Positions 62,600 through 64,000 of a stretch of 64,000 nucleotides of DNA are shown here, piece by piece; the first letter of the stretch is position 1; every line of letters begins with the position of its first letter. The stretch covers positions 11,346,001 to 11,410,000 of the forward strand of contig CM022668.1 of the NCBI GenBank assembly GCA_012295275.1, given 5' to 3'. The notes beneath the pieces are model-generated. The model searched no databases. It had not been told where the DNA came from and saw nothing but the letters and a program-made list of their open reading frames with translations. This stretch comes from Chrysomallon squamiferum. Taxonomy: Eukaryota > Animalia > Mollusca. A program made the position numbers and the translations under genes.

Positions 62600-63650
62600 C
62601 ACCCTATGCTCAACAATGGTTGAACCATATGATAAGGGGCACATCATATTTGACTGCTATGACTTTACTCAGTCACTGAATCAGAAGATGAAAGCAAAAT
62701 GAGCACTGGGGAAAGAAATGGAGTTTGTGATCCATGACGAGATGGACACTGCTAACAGTACCCTCAAAGAGCTGCTCTCTGCCTCTAAGATAAAGGCACT
62801 CCTCTCCAACATTCTTGGTAATGCCATACTGTAAAAATACAAAGGTTTGAAAAAATAAAGGTGGTGCTGTGAAAGGTACCACCATTCAGATCAATCAACC
62901 CCACTCTTTGGCAGAGTTGTTGTCCACACACAATCATGAGAAGGTTGACTCCATAATTCCTTTGCATGTACTTCATGCCATTGGTGAATCCACTCGGAGA
63001 TACATAGATGTGTGGGTCACCTGACAATGATATATATATCTCACTGATTCACCGAATTCAATTTGCTCAGTGGAAAAGGTGACAAGTGTTGATCAATCAA
63101 CATTCATGAGCATATGAGTACCATTAGGCAAGACAAGATCAATATCTGATTGGTTTCCATTATTTTACAGGTGCAGACTGGGGAAGGAAATTCGTTGGCA
63201 TCTCAAAGAAGAGTTGGATTACCTCATACCTATCCTTGCCCAATTATGATCCCATCATCTCTGCCTTCCTTGGCAAGGGTACTCACAAGCCATGAGCTGA
63301 TGGACTCTGAGCTGCTCAGACAAGTTTATTTGCTCAGTATACAGGTCTGGGGATGCAACTACCATATCATTTTTGCGTTGGATATTTTTCAGGTCCCAGA
63401 ATCTGGAAAGCGAGAAGCTTCCTCCAACCAGAGCAACACTGATGCCCCAACTTTGTGACTCAAGACCTCACCAAAGCTGTACAAGACCTCACCAAAGCCT
63501 ACTGCCTCTAGAGGAAAATGAATGGATGCTTGCCAGAGACCAGTATGTCCCAGTACAGTGTCTCTGATCGAGACATCTTGCAAGGGTCACTGCTCATGCA
63601 AGAAGAACAATATCACCTGCACTGTTCTCTGATGAAGATGAAAATGATGC
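62600..63650 (+). mobile_element. Degenerate transposase remnant, Academ-like (XPG-like region plus C-terminal Cys cluster)
   Basis: Broken frames give YDKGHIIFDCYD, SEKLPPTRATL, PLEENEW and SCKGHCSCKKNNITCT; many stops; boundaries unclear. Confidence 0.5.
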
Positions 63651-64000
63651 ATGATTGTTGCAGAAGATGAAGAAGAATAACACTAACAGATTATGTTTAA
63701 AGAACCTTCAATGTTTTTATTTCCACACAAATTTAATTTTATTCAGCTTGTTGTCTGTGTTTCAAATTGTAATTGTTTCAGAACGAAATTAAACAGGTTG
63801 TCTGACACAGTGCAGTTCACTATTGGTAATTACTTCTATTTGCTTATTTGTACTCAGATTTTGACCCAGAATCTGAACTATGTGTTTGGTTGCGCATGTG
63901 TGCATAAAACTGTAACATGACCTAATTATAATAGTTTGATTTTATTGAATGTTCAACCTGTGTTAACCTTTGTTTCAACTTTGCTGCATATCAAACCCCA

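Overview
AT-rich, microsatellite-rich eukaryotic DNA, probably an invertebrate and plausibly a mollusc (inference from repeat style and domain type). Nearly the whole window (about 0.5-61.8 kb) is the middle of one minus-strand gene made of tandem 144/147-bp phase-1/phase-1 exons. Each exon encodes one 8-Cys EGF-like repeat of the MEGF10/11-Draper/CED-1-SCARF type. By hand I count 81 full-length exons with usable splice sites: 77 open as assembled and 4 with 1-nt frameshifts that look like consensus errors. There are also 6 damaged full-length copies and about 6 fragments. The exons fall into five paralogue classes (A-E) repeated as a pentamer. Two young, nearly identical ~3-kb higher-order arrays (about 10.6-27.4 kb and 27.4-44.9 kb) sit between older, diverged copies. 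The arrays show chimeric exons, nested copy-number variation, exon loss and a donor loss rescued by an in-frame cryptic donor. Three DNA-transposon relics are present (Tigger/pogo-like end, Sola2-like element, Academ-like remnant). No signal-peptide exon is visible and the 3' end of the gene is only tentatively seen. Exon coordinates were read by eye from AG/GT boundaries; no expression evidence is available.
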